8,286 nucleotides of DNA from NCBI GenBank assembly GCA_054661495.1, contig BAAFSQ010000383.1:1-8286 (forward strand), given 5' to 3'. Source of the stretch: Zygophlyctis sp. KS116. Taxonomy: Eukaryota > Fungi > Chytridiomycota. Below, one piece after another: positions 7,842-8,286 of this stretch. The number at the start of each line of letters is the position of its first letter. Positions within the stretch are counted from its first letter, which is position 1. The notes below the pieces were generated by a model. It was given only the letters and a program-made list of their open reading frames with translations. It had not been told where the DNA came from and made no database searches. A program made the translations under genes and the position numbers.

Positions 7842-8286
7842 AAACCGAACTAACCCTCTGAGACATCAATTGGCATCAGAAAAATCGCTGCTCCTGACAA
7901 TTTCGTCCATATTGTCAGATTCAGGCTCACAATCGTCTGTATCCCGGGCATTTTAAAATATTTTAAAATTTCCTGAGCACCTAGAAAAAATATTTGAAGT
8001 ATACATACCTAGATTAATTACATGAGCCATGCATTAAATCTGATTCCAGGCCACACTCGGTATCTGGCCTTAAATAGTCCACAAAATCTGCAGAATCTTT
8101 TGTATCCACAATCGAGAGGGCAAATTTTGTCTGATGAGTAATTTAAATAGATGGCTTAGGGCTAACCTTATCATTCTTTTTTTAATTGCTGTTTTATTTG
8201 ACTGAGCATGGGTTTCGTTTTTTCTGCACTCACCAACTCTGGCCAACGATTTGGGTGATTCTTTGTTAAGTGAATTGTAAAAGAAC
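7842..8286 (-). pseudogene. hAT transposase fragment 2 (different family; end of BED finger and CxxH region, internally deleted)
   Basis: Minus strand: SFTIHLTKNHP; LLIRQNLP/SIVDTKDSADFVDYLRP; NQI*CMAHVINL-G-AQEILK; acidic loop; LRGLVRF. Confidence 0.75.
7981..8008 (-). other. Putative 28-nt GT-AG intron in hAT fragment 2 (phase 1)
   Basis: GTATGTATACTTCAAATATTTTTTCTAG. Removal restores CMAHVINLGAQEILK. Confidence 0.85.

Noticed and set aside
1190-8286. RIP-like hypermutation or a stop-reassigned genetic code
   Set aside because: Some Trp codons became stops (6053, 6254), but stops also replace likely Tyr and Arg codons, and indels and transversions are common. CA/TG dinucleotides are not visibly depleted, and the intact ORF has no internal stops. 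Ordinary decay explains it.
1-8286. CRISPR array or prokaryotic operon/defence system
   Set aside because: No regularly spaced repeats or operon structure; all recognisable content is eukaryotic.

Overview
Eukaryotic, AT-rich transposon-graveyard region. It opens with the apparently intact 3' end of a Ty3/Gypsy LTR retrotransposon (integrase C-terminus, PPT, ~296-bp TG..CA LTR) that ends 8 bp upstream of a tRNA-Leu(UAA) gene, the only host gene I can see. The rest is a patchwork of decayed fragments: several Ty1/Copia pieces (two with PPT+LTR), a second Gypsy integrase, a pogo-type DD35D transposon with its left TIR, and two different hAT transposases on the minus strand. Four signals stand out. 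(1) The Gypsy element looks tRNA/Pol III-targeted. (2) All three DNA transposases carry a 26-28-nt intron-like insert whose removal restores conserved motifs in frame. (3) Short TTAGGG/CCCTAA telomere-repeat patches recur at fragment junctions and inside disrupted motifs. (4) Fragments are all + up to ~6860 and all - after it. All assignments come from manual translation and motif recognition; no database searches were run.
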